Part shown: positions 51,918-64,000 of the stretch, one piece after another | Position numbering within the stretch: the first letter of the stretch is position 1 | Layout: the number at the start of each line of letters is the position of its first letter | Assembly: GCA_904063045.1 (NCBI GenBank) | Contig: CAJFCJ010000019.1 | Span: forward strand, 2,982,684 to 3,046,683 | Source of the DNA: Dimorphilus gyrociliatus | Lineage: Eukaryota; Animalia; Annelida | Direction of reading: 5' to 3' | DNA length: 64,000 bases | The notes under the pieces: model-generated | What the model was told of the DNA's origin: nothing | What the model saw: the letters and a program-made list of their open reading frames with translations, nothing else | Database searches by the model: none | Program-made: the position numbers and the translations under genes

Positions 51918-54900
51918 ATGTCATCGTCTGCTCTTGGCGCGCAAAATTCTGTACTGCGATGTGATGCTTGCGACATGGTCTTCAACACTCCAAGGTAACG
52001 TGCTTGTTTTAATAATAGACTTCAATTAAAGACCGATAAATGCATTCATACAGTCGTCTACAATCTCACAAAACGAAATATTGTATAGGAGATGGTTCTA
52101 AGTCAAAGCAACAGTTGCCAAATATATTTCAAGAAACTTATCCCATACCCATAGTAAGTTTCGATTTATATATATATATATACTGTATATATATACATGA
52201 TGGTACTAAAACTTTCAAAATTTAACCTATATAATTTAATATATGCTAACATTTTTATACGAAGTTACATCCATCGAAATCTAAAGATAATTTTAAAGAA
52301 TGGCTATACATAAAGAAGGTGATTATGGAAATATACGGAACTGTTTACTTTCTTTTAGTTATAAACTTGTGTACTCTAAAATATATTTTCTTCTTTTCGT
52401 TGTCTAAGATTTTATTGTTGTTTAGAAATTTTAATAAAGTATCCTTTCAGGCCGCAGATCAAAAGCTAATGCAGCTAAGAGAAGATAGAATGAAAGGTTT
52501 AAGGAAAGCTAAACAGATGAGTGAGCCTAGTACTCCTATAGAAAATCTTTGGGATCGAAGGGCAACAGAATTGGATAGATTGAGCAGAGCAGTTAATTAT
52601 AATAAATAACGATACGGTGTCATAATACTTATACTATTTTTTTATTAAATAGAGAAGAAATTCAGTATCAAGCAAATCAACAATTAGTATCAATTTACCT
52701 ATGGATAGTAGTGATGAGGTGAAAAAGTTCTTATTTATTTATAGTACTCTTTGTAATTTTTTATGCTAACCGATAAGGATCCTACCCCGGAGCCTCAAGA
52801 CGGACCCCTCAGTTATAAGCCCTCCAAAAGACTTCAGCATGAGCATCAGAAAGCTCGACGAACAAGATACTTAGAAACAGAAAAGCTAAGAAAACAAAAG
52901 ACCAGTTTGTATAAAGATGGCAAATAATCGTTCATAGTTGACGTTAGTATTTCATAGATTTAGAGCAACAAATTCAACTTCTTGAAGAGAAAGGTGATCC
53001 AGCTGATGAGTGGATTCAAAAGCTGCAAGAAAATCAGAGATTTAACGAAAAAATGCTAGAAGATTTAAGAGATAAGCAGACTGATAGACAAAATAACAAT
53101 GAACTTATGAGAGAAGTTCAGTTAGTTTTTCATTCGTTTTCCGAAACTTAACAATAAAATTAAGTATCATAATAGGCAAATGAGACAGTCATATCTACGC
53201 CGGGGCGGCAATGATCGTAAGATTTTAGAACAAATGGCAATTATGGAAAGTGAAGCTCTGGAAAGAATTAAAAAAACTGATAGTATGTTTCAGAGTCAAA
53301 ACAATAATTAATAACTTTAAAGTATCTTTTTCATTTCAGAAGGAAATGCTGCAATAGAAGCTCAAACTACAGCTTTACAAGAAGAAAATAAGCGATTACA
53401 AGAACAATTAGCTGCCCTCGTGAATTCTAATAACAAAAAGTTGCAATATATGGATGATGATATTGATAACAAAGGTATCTACTAAGTTTTATATGATTTA
53501 TATAGGCTAATAATATTAGAATTTTAACTTCAAAGATTGGTTGAGAAATGAAATAGAGAGAGGTCAGGGAAAGCAAAAAAACCAGTTAGAGATCTTACAA
53601 AAGCAAATTGATCAACTACAATATGACCTTGAAAGAGAAAGGCAAAAGAGAAGAGAGCACACTCATATAAGAGAATTTAATAATATTCCTCCAAAGCCAG
53701 TTGATCTACCTATTGAGTCACATCGCTATACTAGTCACAATGTTCCTGATTTACAGCCATCTCTTTATGATCCTAAGTAATAGTATTCCATTTCAAAGTT
53801 TTAGATTAAATCTATTATCTCTTCTTCAGCTCTGGTTTTACAATTTTTTATGATTTTATAAGTGGCCTTCCATCTATCGTCGTTCAAGTTCGATTGCTAT
53901 CTGCATTATATCTAACACAGCATTTATATAGTACTCCTACTACACTTCCCTTAATTCCGGCAGGATTCGATCGAATAGCAAATGTTGCCTTGATAGCTGC
54001 TACTCAGCCTGTGCCAAAGTAGCCTCATTATAGTTGGAAATACGTTACTAATCTAAATTTTTTGTTTCTAGTTGTAAGGCTTCAACGGATTTATCGTTAA
54101 TTGTCGAGGTTCAAGTATCTGAAGGCGGGGGTGGTCTAGTAAATCGAGCCTGGTGCAAAGTATTATTATTTGATAGTAGCCAGAGGCTGCAGAGTGGTCG
54201 CTGGAAAGTCCCTCTTAGAATAGTACCTGTTAGACAGGAGTTAGCTTCAAGAGATATCAATTACATATCGCAAGTAATATCACAATAGACTTATTTGTAA
54301 ATTATGATAAATTGCTCGTGATTTCTTTTAGTATGGAGCTGCCGAGCTGTATTTTAGATTAGTAAACCATAGAGATGTGGAAAATCAAATGAAACGCATT
54401 GTTGACACTCATGAGTCTTTCTCATACAATTTTATGCCTCCGGTTTGTCTCATATATACCAAACGTATCAGAATATGATCCAGAGTATTTCAGCCATCTT
54501 CACCTCAGTGGACAGCTCCTTCGATAACAATTCCACCACCTCCTCCTTCTGATCCACCACCTGAAAGTCCTATTTTGGAACCTCAAAGATCAATCCGCCC
54601 TTTTTCGCATCAGTACAGGTACTTATAATTTTTATTAGAGAGATACTAACAAAGATATTCCAGAAACATGACCATTCACATTACTTTTAATCACCCCTCT
54701 CACAAATAACTATCACACCAATTAAATCTTGGCAAGTAAAGTTGCAAGAGTGTTTCTCTTTAGCTTAGTTTCTGCTTTTATTTTTCAAAAAACAAAGTCT
54801 ATAGTTTGTAACAATCAAGTAAGAACTTGAAGATTTTTCAAAATTTTCAGAGCAAATGACTATGACATAGACAATCTCTCATTGGGTTTACAAGTAATTA

Positions 54901-57696
54901 GATTAAAGTATGCTGAACCTGGACCAACAAAAATTGATTTTACGGCTTATAATGCAACTACAGGAAAAGTATAAACACTATCATAAAGAAGACAAACAAA
55001 ATGTTTATAAGAGTGAAAACTGACTTTTTTTCTCCCAGGTTTTGAAAACTTTTACAAGACCAGTCCAGAGTTCAACAACAGTTCAGACAGATTATTATAG
55101 ATATTGCATGCATATTTTTGGCAAAGAAGAAATGTTGTTTGAAAATTTATCTCTAAAAAAAGGCTGCATTCTTGTTGTCAGAGTGTACCAATCAACTAGG
55201 GCCGTACCCGAAATTAGAGATACATTTGAAGATTTTAATGCAGAATTGTATGATTTAGAATTGATCGCTTGGTCATCATTACCATTGACAATACCAGACA
55301 CAAACGAACCCAATATTGGATCGCATACATTACTTTTATATCAATTACCCGTTGCAAATATTTCAAATCTTCCCACTGATTATCATTATGCCCCTAAAAA
55401 TTGGAAGCGTTTTGGTAGAGCTGTTTTAAAGTTGCGAATCTTTGTTAATAAATTAGAAGGAGAAAGTTCAGATGAATCGGATGCTTATAGTGAACCGGAG
55501 GAGCTACCATCAGTATGAATGATACTCTTTTTATATAATTAAAAAATAATGTCTTGTAAATATAATAAATTTTCAGACGACGTGGCTTCTGAAACAAAGG
55601 ATGGAGCCGAGTATGCAGCCATATGAAGGAGAAGATGGATTCGATATCTATATTGATGGTTGTATGAATCTTCCAGAAGTTTGCACAATTACAAGAGTGA
55701 GTCGATCCAGATATTCATCGAAATATAATGCTAATTTTTTAAAATTTTACAGATTGCTGGTAGATTTCTTGACAGTACCTACAACAAGCATTGCGCTGAT
55801 ATCAATTGCTTAGGTCAACTAGATAGTGATGTCTGGAATCCTATATATGACCATCGAATGGAAGTTCGAGTACCAAATTTACCACCAACCACAACTCTTC
55901 TTATTAAGGTAGCAAAACTCAACTATTTAGTCAAGTATGATATAAATGTTTTGTCTACAGATCTACACAATTGATAAATTTACAAAAGAAATGACTGTAG
56001 TTGGATTTGCCACTTTAGCAATGTTTGTTACCTCAGGAAGTGAGATGCAACCTGTCGCTAATAGCGGAGGTTATCAAATTTCTCTAAATGCAGGAGCACA
56101 TCAAAGGAGAATATTTTTAGATGGACCCAAAACAGAAAAATTTTCTCAAGACTGTCTTAACTCGGGAAGAATTGTCCCTTGTAGTTCAATTTTAATAAGA
56201 ATCGTTCCAGCTCCAAAAGGGCCAAACAATAAGACTTTACAGGTAAGATAAGCTTTTTACTTGTAATAAACTGAATTATTTAACTCTTAAAGAGATCGGA
56301 AGTACCTGAAGATCATTGGCAACGTGTTGGTTTAGCAGAGTCAAGGCCTAAATATTCTCAACGGGTGTATTTATCAGAATCATGCTCTCCTACAAGAGGT
56401 GAAGCTTTACTTTTCCCTGGCATGGTGAAGAGAACAAAAGTCTCAATAAGGGAAACGGCAAGAATTTTGCTCCAGGAAGTAGGAAAACAAAGGCTGAGTG
56501 ATCATGAACTGCAGAATAAATTAAGGGTAAATACTCACAAATAAAATTTATACTCTTCTTTCATAATGAACTTTTCTTCCTATAGAAACTATTTTTGAAC
56601 TTAATGGATACCATTCCAAAAACCTTAGATATCACATATGTATCACAATATGATCCCAAGATAGGCCTTAGCTTTGCGGTTGATGCTGCAATGAATATTC
56701 CTTGGAAAAACTTTACTCACGTTCAATTTTGCTTAAGCCCACCAGGATCATATTATAAAGTTAATAATAATTTGCAATAATAATAAAAATTCTTACAAGC
56801 AATATCTAACAGGGACTACAGGAAGTTAATTTCGATAGGCCACTGTTCACTGAAAACTTGGATATGGCAGGATCTTCAAATCAACCTGATTGGCATGATG
56901 GCCTTCGGGTAATTATTGTCCTAATTTTATTTCTTATTTATAATAAGAAATTCTTTTGTATTCTTAGCATTTTCCAATGAGGCATTATAACCGTCATCTA
57001 GTAATGATCATCCATCTTCAAGAAATATACATTAGAACACTTAAAGATAGGTATAAATATGGTTTAAATGAGCAAGCATGGACAGTCCTACCAATTTTTA
57101 CTGACAAATTTTGTTACACTGGAGCTTTTCAATTACCTCTTTTTTATGGACCACCGTCACTTGAAGCATTGGCTCAAATAGCTAAGCAACCATATGCAGA
57201 TTGGCTAAAACAATCTCTAGATTCCGAAAGTGTAAGTGTACTTTATCTTTCAATTTAAAATACTCTTTAAATGTGTCATGTAGGTAAAGTATCTAGATAG
57301 AGCATCTGTTTTTGTTCGGATATGTGATGGAAGAAGATTTGAAGAAGTTAGGGAACGGTCTACCATTCAAAATCTTTTAAATGTAAATTATACTGTATAG
57401 CTTATTATTGAAGTATATAATGAAATGATTTATTAACATTTAGTCATCTAACGGGATACAATACGTAAATACGTCTTTTATACCTGAGAGTTCAGCCAAC
57501 GATTACTTATCTACCACCCTATTACCCTCTGGTTTACCAGTTGGAAATGTATATTCTGATCTAATTCCAGCCGAATTAACTTCTGAAAGGTGTAAGGAAA
57601 ACTTAGCTGTAAACTTTCAAAAAGTAAATTTAATAATTCTCATATATACTGTAGATGTTAAAGAGTTTAATTTGTTACAGCTTTGCTACAAAATAG
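51918..57696 (+). CDS. CCDC17: CCDC17-like protein: N-terminal C2HC zinc finger, coiled coils, C2-like domain and a long C-terminal extension; many exons, exact 3' end uncertain
   Basis: CDACDMVFNTPSRLQSHKTKYC finger; coiled-coil exons; SGFTIFYDFISGL...SGRWKVPLR...YGAAELYFRLVN segment typical of CCDC17; further exons that splice in frame to about 57696. Confidence 0.75.
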
Positions 57697-58404
57697 ATAT
57701 TGAATGAGAAATTGCGTTTCAACTGCAAAATTGAATTTTAAGAAGGTTATTTTAAAGGATAAACCAAAATAGATTCTATTTATATTCCACTGCCTATTTT
57801 ATCGATAAAGAAGAATGTATAACTGGCCAATCATTGATTTTTGTTAGTATCTACGAGGAAACGATGAGCTTAAAGCTGATATGTAATCTTTATTTACGGA
57901 TTATATGTCAATATTATTCATATTTTTATGATTGTCTATATCCAGATGTTATTAAAACTTTGTCAAGATTTTCGATTGTAAATTATTAATAGTATATAAC
58001 ATTCATAAATATATAAAAGAATTTTATTTAAAAATCTATTATTTAACGATTTATTACGGGTTTTAGTAATCGAATGTCAAGTTTTAATTCTTTTATTTAT
58101 AAATTGTTTTAGAAAAATAAAAGTTAATAAGAATTATTAGTTTTTTTTAACATTAAAATTCAATGTTCTACGTTAAACTTTTACAAGTTTTACAGTCTTT
58201 TCGAATCGGTTGATAATATCGTCCATATAAAAGGATACTATATATGAATCTTGAATACCATCGCGTTTAGGCCTATTCAAACAGAATAGCTTCCCGACTC
58301 TTGGCAAACTCTGCCTGGCAGTCGTTCTAGCGTTAGTCTATTCAACTGGTACTGATCAATCAATAAATTTCTATCGCTTTAACAGAAAATACTGATATTC
58401 GGAT

Positions 58405-60276
58405 ATGGCAATCTTGTTTTATTTTCTTTTGATATTAAAGTGCATTTCATTGAGTGCTTTATTTTCGTTTTCTCAAGAAAGTTATTCAGTTGATGAAAAA
58501 CTCAGTAAAATTTGGGGCCCAGGTTTAAAGACGGAGATAAATTTACCAGTTAGATACTTTTTTATTCAACTAGTTGATAGCTCAGGAAAAAAGTAAGATT
58601 TATATCTTCATTAATTCCTTCTATATTATTAACTCTGAACTGCAGCATTACAAACTTCCCAAAAGAAGAATTGGCAATTCATTTTTCTGATCATGAAGCA
58701 AATTCTATTAGATTACATTCCGAAATTTTACAAAAAAATGATGGATCTTTCATAGTGAGATTTAGATTATATAGGCCGTTAAAAAACCTCAAGGTTGACA
58801 TATCGTATAGAGGATCGGAGTTGGCGCAGTCTCCTTATCTATTGAAAGGTACAGATAGTTTTTTCTAATTAACCAGTCTTTTTTCTAAATGAAGAAAATA
58901 AAAGGAAATTACATTTATACTCAGGTTGGATTTATCCAGAAGAGTGCGACTGTCCAGAGCCTGATTTTGAAAAATGGATGAAAGATATGCAGTGCAAGTC
59001 AACGTTTAATCAAATAGAGGACGATTTGAAACTGTTTAATACTATTAATATAAAAAAGGCATATCAGGAAATGAAGCAAAGATTTAACCAACCAGGTGCT
59101 CAAAGTTACGTTCATTACGCAATAAAAGATGGAAAAATCTATCGTCGTACGTTTGGACAACACGTCGGCTTTAAAATGTTTATGGATTCGACACTTTTAT
59201 CAATCTTAGGAAAAGTATATTTCATTTCTTGACTTATTGACGTTTACTTAACCCTGAACGTTCTTCCATAGGTAACGCTTCCGGATTTTGAATTTATCAT
59301 GAACTTGGGAGACTGGCCCTTGGAAAATAGAAAACAGAACAGATTACCGATAGTTTCTTGGTGTGGTTCTGCTTCAACGTCTGATATAGTATTACCAACA
59401 TACGATCTAATGGATTCAACAATAGAATCTATGAGCAGGTACTTTGTAAATTATTTCAATTCAATACTATCAAAAATTAACTACTATTTTATTGTTAAAG
59501 AGTATCCTTGGACGTAATGGCTGTTCAAGGTAATACTAGAGTTCCTTGGGATGAAAAAGAAAGCAAAGCTTTTTGGAGGGGAAGAGATAGTCGCCAAGAG
59601 CGATTGGATCTGGTTAAACTTTCAAGAAAGCATCCAAAAGATTTGGACGCTAAACTGACAAATATGTTTTTTTTTAAGCATAATAAAAAAGAATTAGGGG
59701 AATTAGCTAAGCATGTTCCATTCTATGACTTCTTTAAGTATAAATACCAAGTGACTCTTGACGGAACGGTTGCTGCTTATCGATTACCTTATTTGATGGC
59801 AGGTGATGGATTGATATTTAAACAGGATTCTGGCTACTATGAACATTTTTATAGAGGTAAAATAGATTGGCTGCATTCATATTATTAATATAAAGTCTGT
59901 TTTTTAAGATTTGAAACCTTTTGTCCACTATATTCCTATCAAGAAGGACTTGTCTGATCTTTTGGAAAAACTTAAATGGGCAAAAGAAAACGATGAAAAA
60001 AGTAAAGAGATAGCTAAAAATGGTTCTCTATATGTAAATGATAATTTATTATCTCAAAATCTCTATTGCTACCACGTAATCTTATTCAAGGTGATTGTTA
60101 TTTATTAAATTAAACAATAAGTCTATCAGTTATCAACCTTTCCAATTCAGAAACTATCGGAAAAAATGGATAAAGTTGAAATAGACGACGATATGGAACT
60201 TGTTACACAAGCCGAATTGAAAAGCGCTAGAAAGAAGGATTGCTGCTATAGAAACGGATTGAAGGATGAATTGTAG
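58405..60276 (+). CDS. POGLUT2: Protein O-glucosyltransferase 2/3 (KDELC; filamin-like + CAP10 domain)
   Basis: Signal peptide, IWGPGL...[53 protein letters not shown], ending KDEL*. POGLUT2 and POGLUT3 cannot be distinguished. Confidence 0.93.
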
Positions 60277-60503
60277 TTATACTGAAAATTATTTCAGGAG
60301 TGATTCAAAAAAACAAGAATCTTGAAGAAAACTTGTACAAAAAAACACTCCAAATTGGTCTCTATAGTTAAATTTACAATTTGAATTTTTTACTGATACT
60401 ATTTTTATTATTTGGAAATAATAATAATTAGTAGATTAAAGTTAAAAATATCTTTTTAAATCCAATTTTTGGTCATAATGTCATATTTCGTTCAATATGT
60501 TAA

Positions 60504-62451
60504 TTATTCGCTGTTAGATTTCAATCCAGCACCAATTTGCATTAAGCTTTCACAATCATTGACTAATCGTTTTAAAAACATTATTTTGTCATCCAATAAA
60601 GTCTCTAAAAATTCAGAAACTGTCTCATTTCCGAAAACTTCGATCAGATGATTTTGCATTTCGCAGCGAAAATTCTCCACCTCATTTAGAGTATACTTTA
60701 CATTTGGCAGAAAGGAAGAGAGATGAGCGGGATTTGCAAATCTGTTATTAGTGTTATATAGAATAAGTTTAGATATTGAGGTTAGAAATTAATCAATTAC
60801 TTTCTTTTAATGTGATAAGTACTCATCCAACCGCGAATCCTTTCATGTTTTTCAAGCTTTTTTATCTCCTCTCTAAGCTTTAAATACTTTAGTGTACCAC
60901 GATAAATATTGCTTCCGGGAAAGCTGCACTCTACATCCAAATCTTTCAGGGTGAAAGGCACGAGCGGTAGAGTACTTTTAAATTTCAAATCATTCGATAC
61001 CTTTGTATGAAGATTTTCGGAGAATGATCCTGTAATAGTATAATAAAGTATATATAGACAGTATATTTGTTTTCTTAAATAAAGCATTACCAGTATTTAA
61101 TAAATTCAACGATATTGCTAAAGATGGAAAGCCGACTGGAAGAAGTTCACATAAAATAGCATAATGATCATATCTAAAAATTTTATACGTATAAGAAGAA
61201 AATTACTATTAAAATCTTATAGTAATATTAAACCTGCTCCAGCCAGTAGTTACTACGCCCTGGACATTTTTAAACTTTTCTTTCAGCATCGGTAGTAATT
61301 TTAACCATGCTCTATGATTAGCAATATGATATTTTATATCTGTAGCATATTTACAAGGTCCAGTAGCACCTTTAAAAGCTGTCGCTATCCACAAATTTTC
61401 AAACGCTTTGGAATATTTTTCCCACATTTCATCTGGAAATTTCAACTCCTACAGAGAGTTTATTTAATATTAATTTATATAAAGTATTTATCTAACTTTT
61501 CTATAATCCCAAACCATAATATCAACCATCTTACTCAAGTTAAAAGTTAGTAATGTTTCTTGTGGAACATTTCTAAGTATATCATCCCAAATTATTGGCT
61601 GAATATTTTTTTTTTTAACGAATTTAGCGATATTTTCAACATGACCCAAAAACAATTCTTCCTTCGGAATACGTCGCTTTCGACATTTGCCACAATAGCC
61701 AATATTGGAAACCTATAAGATAAATTTAAACAAAAGCTAATTATCGACTAATTAAGCTACCTCGTCGGCTCCGATATGCAACCATTTAGCATTTGGATGT
61801 AAGGAAAGGATTTGATTGATAATTTCATATAAAAATTCGCAACTCTCTAAAAACACATAACTCATTACGTAATAAAAATTTAAATTATTGATTAAAGAGC
61901 TACCTGAGTTTGAAGGGCATAGTGACATAGGATAGTTTGGTACCTCTCTTAAACATTTCAGATTGTCGTGCTTCAAAGCAAACTGTTATTTTATATGAAA
62001 ACTTGATTGAAGAGAACAATAAACAAACAACAAAACACAATATTAACCTCTAAATGTCCAAAAGTTTGAATAAGGGGTATCACTTCTAAATGCAATTTTT
62101 TAGCTTCTGCTAAGATTTGTTCAACATTTTCTTTTGTATATGCCTCACTATTTGATAAAAACTTCAAATTATCAAAATAGGGAAATGTATCCTCGTATTC
62201 CATTAGTAAACCGGTACAACCCCATTCTTTTAGTAGAGGTAAAATCTTTTAAAAGCGATTTGGAAGTGTTTAATCAACGTATAGATTCTCTATTTTGGAT
62301 TACCTGAACTATATAAGAAATCTTTGGAGGAGCACCTTTCAAATCCAAGTGAACAATTCTGAAAAAGATTCCACAAATACCACTTAAAAAGCATGCTTTA
62401 ATAAATTAGATTGTAGACGACTAAATGGAACCTGTGACAATTTATAGCCAT
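60504..62451 (-). CDS. HEXD: Hexosaminidase D (GH20), multi-exon
   Basis: M-AINCHR|IVHLDLKGAPPK, MEYEDTFPY, VIPLIQTFGHLE, HIGADEV catalytic DE pair, WIATAFKGATG, TTGWSRF. The exon-1 ATG at 62451 is a hand prediction. Confidence 0.92.
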
Positions 62452-63602
62452 CCCCTTATTCTACAAAAGAGACTAAAGAGAGTTTTGATGAAAAGCTCTA
62501 TCAATCGGAAGGTCTCAATGAATATAATGTATTTTCGCTCATTTATGCTACTGCCACCTGCAGCTTATTATTTTTTTTTAAAACATCTTCTCATCTATTG
62601 CCACTAGCTAATTTAATTTAACTTATTTAATCTTTAAAAATGCTTAGTTATCCTAGCAGTGCTGTTGAAAAAAGAAAAACAATCAAATTTTTATAAACAC
62701 TTGAACCTTTAAGCAGAATTGATTTTATACCGAAATTGTAAATTCTAGGAATTGTTACCTTCGGAGATTATCATTATTATTTTCTTTTTTATCGAATAAA
62801 ACAATATGATTTAATGTTCTTATTTTAGAAAAGGGATAAGGGAGTTTTCAAGTGTGAATTATTTAGTGAGTGTTCATTGAAAATTCACGTATGGTCAAAA
62901 GATTGATATTCTATAGGGTAATTACAAACAGAAAGTCGGAAAATAAATTTTTAAGTAGGGGTAAACACGAAAATCTTTGGTATTAATACGCTCGCAAAGT
63001 CAAGTAATATTGACGAATACTTGTGCTACAAAAAAGACCTGATAACTATTGAATACCAGAGCCAAACAATACTTTGTTTGTCAATCAGTTATTGAGCCGT
63101 TTCAAATCGTAATCATTCTGCATCCATTAGCAACCACTTATCGTTCTGCCAGTTGACGAACGGAACGTTCAGTGTTTATGTTAGGATAATAATCATGAAG
63201 TGGTCGTAGACGCTATGTAAACATCGAAATGAGTTTAAGAAAACGTCGGCTTGTTAGTATTATGGATACTAATGGGTAATAAAAGAGCTTCTTTACATTA
63301 AATAAACCTTTAATTTAATTGAGATTGCTGTTAGTAATTGCTATTATAAACAACGTAAGATTAACGATATTGCAGAATAATAAAAACGCCTGATGAAACT
63401 GTTAACTTGCCATATATAACGTGCACCAGTTTAGAAAAACTTAATAAGGTTGGTATTGGTTGTTGAACATTTTAATTTTTATTTGGAGATTAATTCTATA
63501 ATATCACACTAATCCTATTTACGGTTGGATTATATACTCTATTGTAGGTAATATTACGACTCGGTTATTCTATACATTTGTGTCATTTATGGTTTATAGA
63601 AC

Positions 63603-63689
63603 ATGAAGGTTCCAAATTCCGCTCCTAGACCTTTAGGTTATGTTCCTATACCACCCGTAAAGCTTGAATACATATCAAGATCTAAGGAG
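63603..63689 (+). CDS. Possible coding exon of a gene continuing beyond the window (MKVPNSAPRPLGYVPIPPVKLEYISRSKE)
   Basis: Preceded by TTTATAG, followed by GAG|GTATGC. No family recognised and no in-phase downstream exon confirmed. Confidence 0.3.
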
Positions 63690-64000
63690 GTATGCTAGTT
63701 TTTCATGTAATATATACTTGTTATTTTACCATGCCTACCTATCAATTTACGATAATCAATAAAGCCATACATTACGGCTCCGTTTCATATACTATAATTT
63801 AAATAGATGTAAAAGTTACAAAGAAAACCTGTCAGAGCGAGCTTTACGTAATTATGTTATTAGTTTTGGCCTGTTTTTTTCTTTTCACCACTTCCTTACT
63901 GGTTTAATAAGATTGTATATCTTAAAAGAAATACATATCGTCTAACAATATAGTGTTTCAATTAATCAATTCAACGGTAAGTCCATAATATACAGTTAGT

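Noticed and set aside
52439-52447. GTATCCTTT resembling a U12 donor in CCDC17
   Set aside because: It lies immediately before the CAG acceptor of an ordinary intron, with no downstream U12 branch site or reading-frame need.

Overview
AT-rich eukaryotic (animal) genomic DNA with very short GT-AG introns, mostly about 50-70 nt. A 7-repeat protocadherin, a UGA/SECIS selenoprotein and a U12-type intron together point to a compact-genome non-arthropod, non-nematode bilaterian; a miniaturised annelid or other spiralian is my guess (inference only). The window has two regimes. Bases 1-22.5 kb hold only a delta-type protocadherin in a largely non-coding landscape. Bases 22.5-64 kb are densely packed, largely as head-to-head and tail-to-tail pairs: TBC1D19(+), ECD(-), RAC1(+), USP7(-), ALG2(+), BRI3(-), SRSF1-like(+), SMKR1(-), an uncharacterised 'ARALAKH...GFLEP' gene(-), SELENOH(+), SHC(-), CKS(+), PDZ-LIM/ALP(+), PTEN(-), ASNSD1(-), CCDC17-like(+), POGLUT2/KDELC(+), HEXD(-). 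BRI3, SMKR1 and the SELENOH N-terminus are absent from the ORF track and were reconstructed by hand. Top leads: (1) the uncharacterised gene, whose C-terminus resembles from memory both the C-terminal domain of plant ASCH proteins and bacterial polymorphic-toxin RNase tips, and which shares a ~210-bp divergent promoter with SELENOH; (2) a GGA/UAGG-rich, splice-site-flanked cassette downstream of the SRSF1 stop; (3) SELENOH UGA recoding signals; (4) a U12 intron in PTEN; (5) the SHC-CKS head-to-head pair; (6) phase-incompatible, probably mutually exclusive exons in the PDZ-LIM gene. Gene identities come from recognising protein sequence by eye; no searches were run. No tRNA, rRNA, CRISPR array or intact mobile element was recognised.
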